Source: Tubulanus polymorphus (lineage: Eukaryota; Animalia; Nemertea). From it: a stretch of 64,000 bases of DNA. Location: positions 3,204,778 to 3,268,777 of the forward strand of contig NC_134030.1 of NCBI RefSeq assembly GCF_964204645.1, given 5' to 3'. The notes beneath the pieces are model-generated. The model was given only the letters and a program-made list of their open reading frames with translations, was not told where the DNA came from and did not search any database. This document shows positions 63,501 through 64,000 of this stretch, one piece after another (within the stretch, counting starts at the first letter, position 1; every line of letters begins with the position of its first letter). The translations under genes were made by a program, and so were the position numbers.

Positions 63501-64000
63501 TATGTATTAATCATTTGAATATTCGCTGTGAAAAGAAAATGCTGTCCATTATAGAAAATTAGTTCTTTGAAGATAGATGAAAGTCATTTATAGAAGTCAT
63601 AGAAATTGAATTTCCAGATATTCTAAGACAGGCGGTAGATTTATAACTTACGGCGTGTCCTTTCATTCCTGACATGCCTGGCATTCCTGGTGGTCCTCGG
63701 CCTCCGGATGGTCCGGGGGGCCCTCTCGGGCCAGGGTCGCCATCTCTTCCGTCATCGCCAGGTTTACCATCACGTCCTGTCGATCCAGGGGGTCCACGTT
63801 GTCCAGTAGGTCCTGGTGGTCCGGCATCACCGGGTTCACCTCGCATGCCTGCGAATCCTGGTACACCCTACAAACGATTTGATGGAAAATTATATTTTCA
63901 AACAACAAATAAAACAAATATATCTGTTTCCCGAACATGTTATCGTTCTATCTAGTTATACGTACTGGAGCACCTGCTGGTCCTGGTGGGCCACGTTGTC
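57591..64000 (-). CDS. Fibrillar collagen alpha chain (5'-truncated by window): triple helix plus COLFI C-propeptide
   Basis: Gly-X-Y exons of 45/54/99/108/162/270 nt, phase 0. C-propeptide [25 protein letters not shown]...[18 protein letters not shown]...[11 protein letters not shown]. Confidence 0.97.

Noticed and set aside
58878-63955. Plus-strand and off-frame ORFs over the collagen
   Set aside because: Antisense or frame shadows of Gly-X-Y codons.

Overview
AT-rich, intron-containing animal genomic DNA, most likely a marine lophotrochozoan (inferred from gene content). I could splice six protein-coding genes by hand. (1) A divergent ionotropic glutamate receptor/IR lacking the amino-terminal domain (minus, 222-4043). 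(2) Coatomer alpha, COPA (minus, 16732-31398). (3) Leishmanolysin-like peptidase/invadolysin, head-to-head with COPA (plus, 31948-39566). (4) A DEG/ENaC channel (plus, 44900-52442). (5) A cysteine-free secreted amphipathic-helix protein (minus, 53255-55467). (6) The 3' part of a fibrillar collagen (minus, 57591 to window end). The strongest finding is an ancient pair of tandem, frame-incompatible 110-nt COPA exons that look mutually exclusive. Other findings include a probable multi-exon non-coding gene built from duplicated exon-intron units with a long fold-back (about 10150-14240), minimal hammerhead ribozymes, unusual gating residues and a mucin-like insert in the DEG/ENaC, and a Gly-to-Ala break in the collagen helix. 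Introns and intergenic DNA hold many MITEs (IS3EU-, Harbinger-, Zator- and hAT5-like), a Helitron and minisatellites. Exon boundaries were read by eye and may be off by a few bases.
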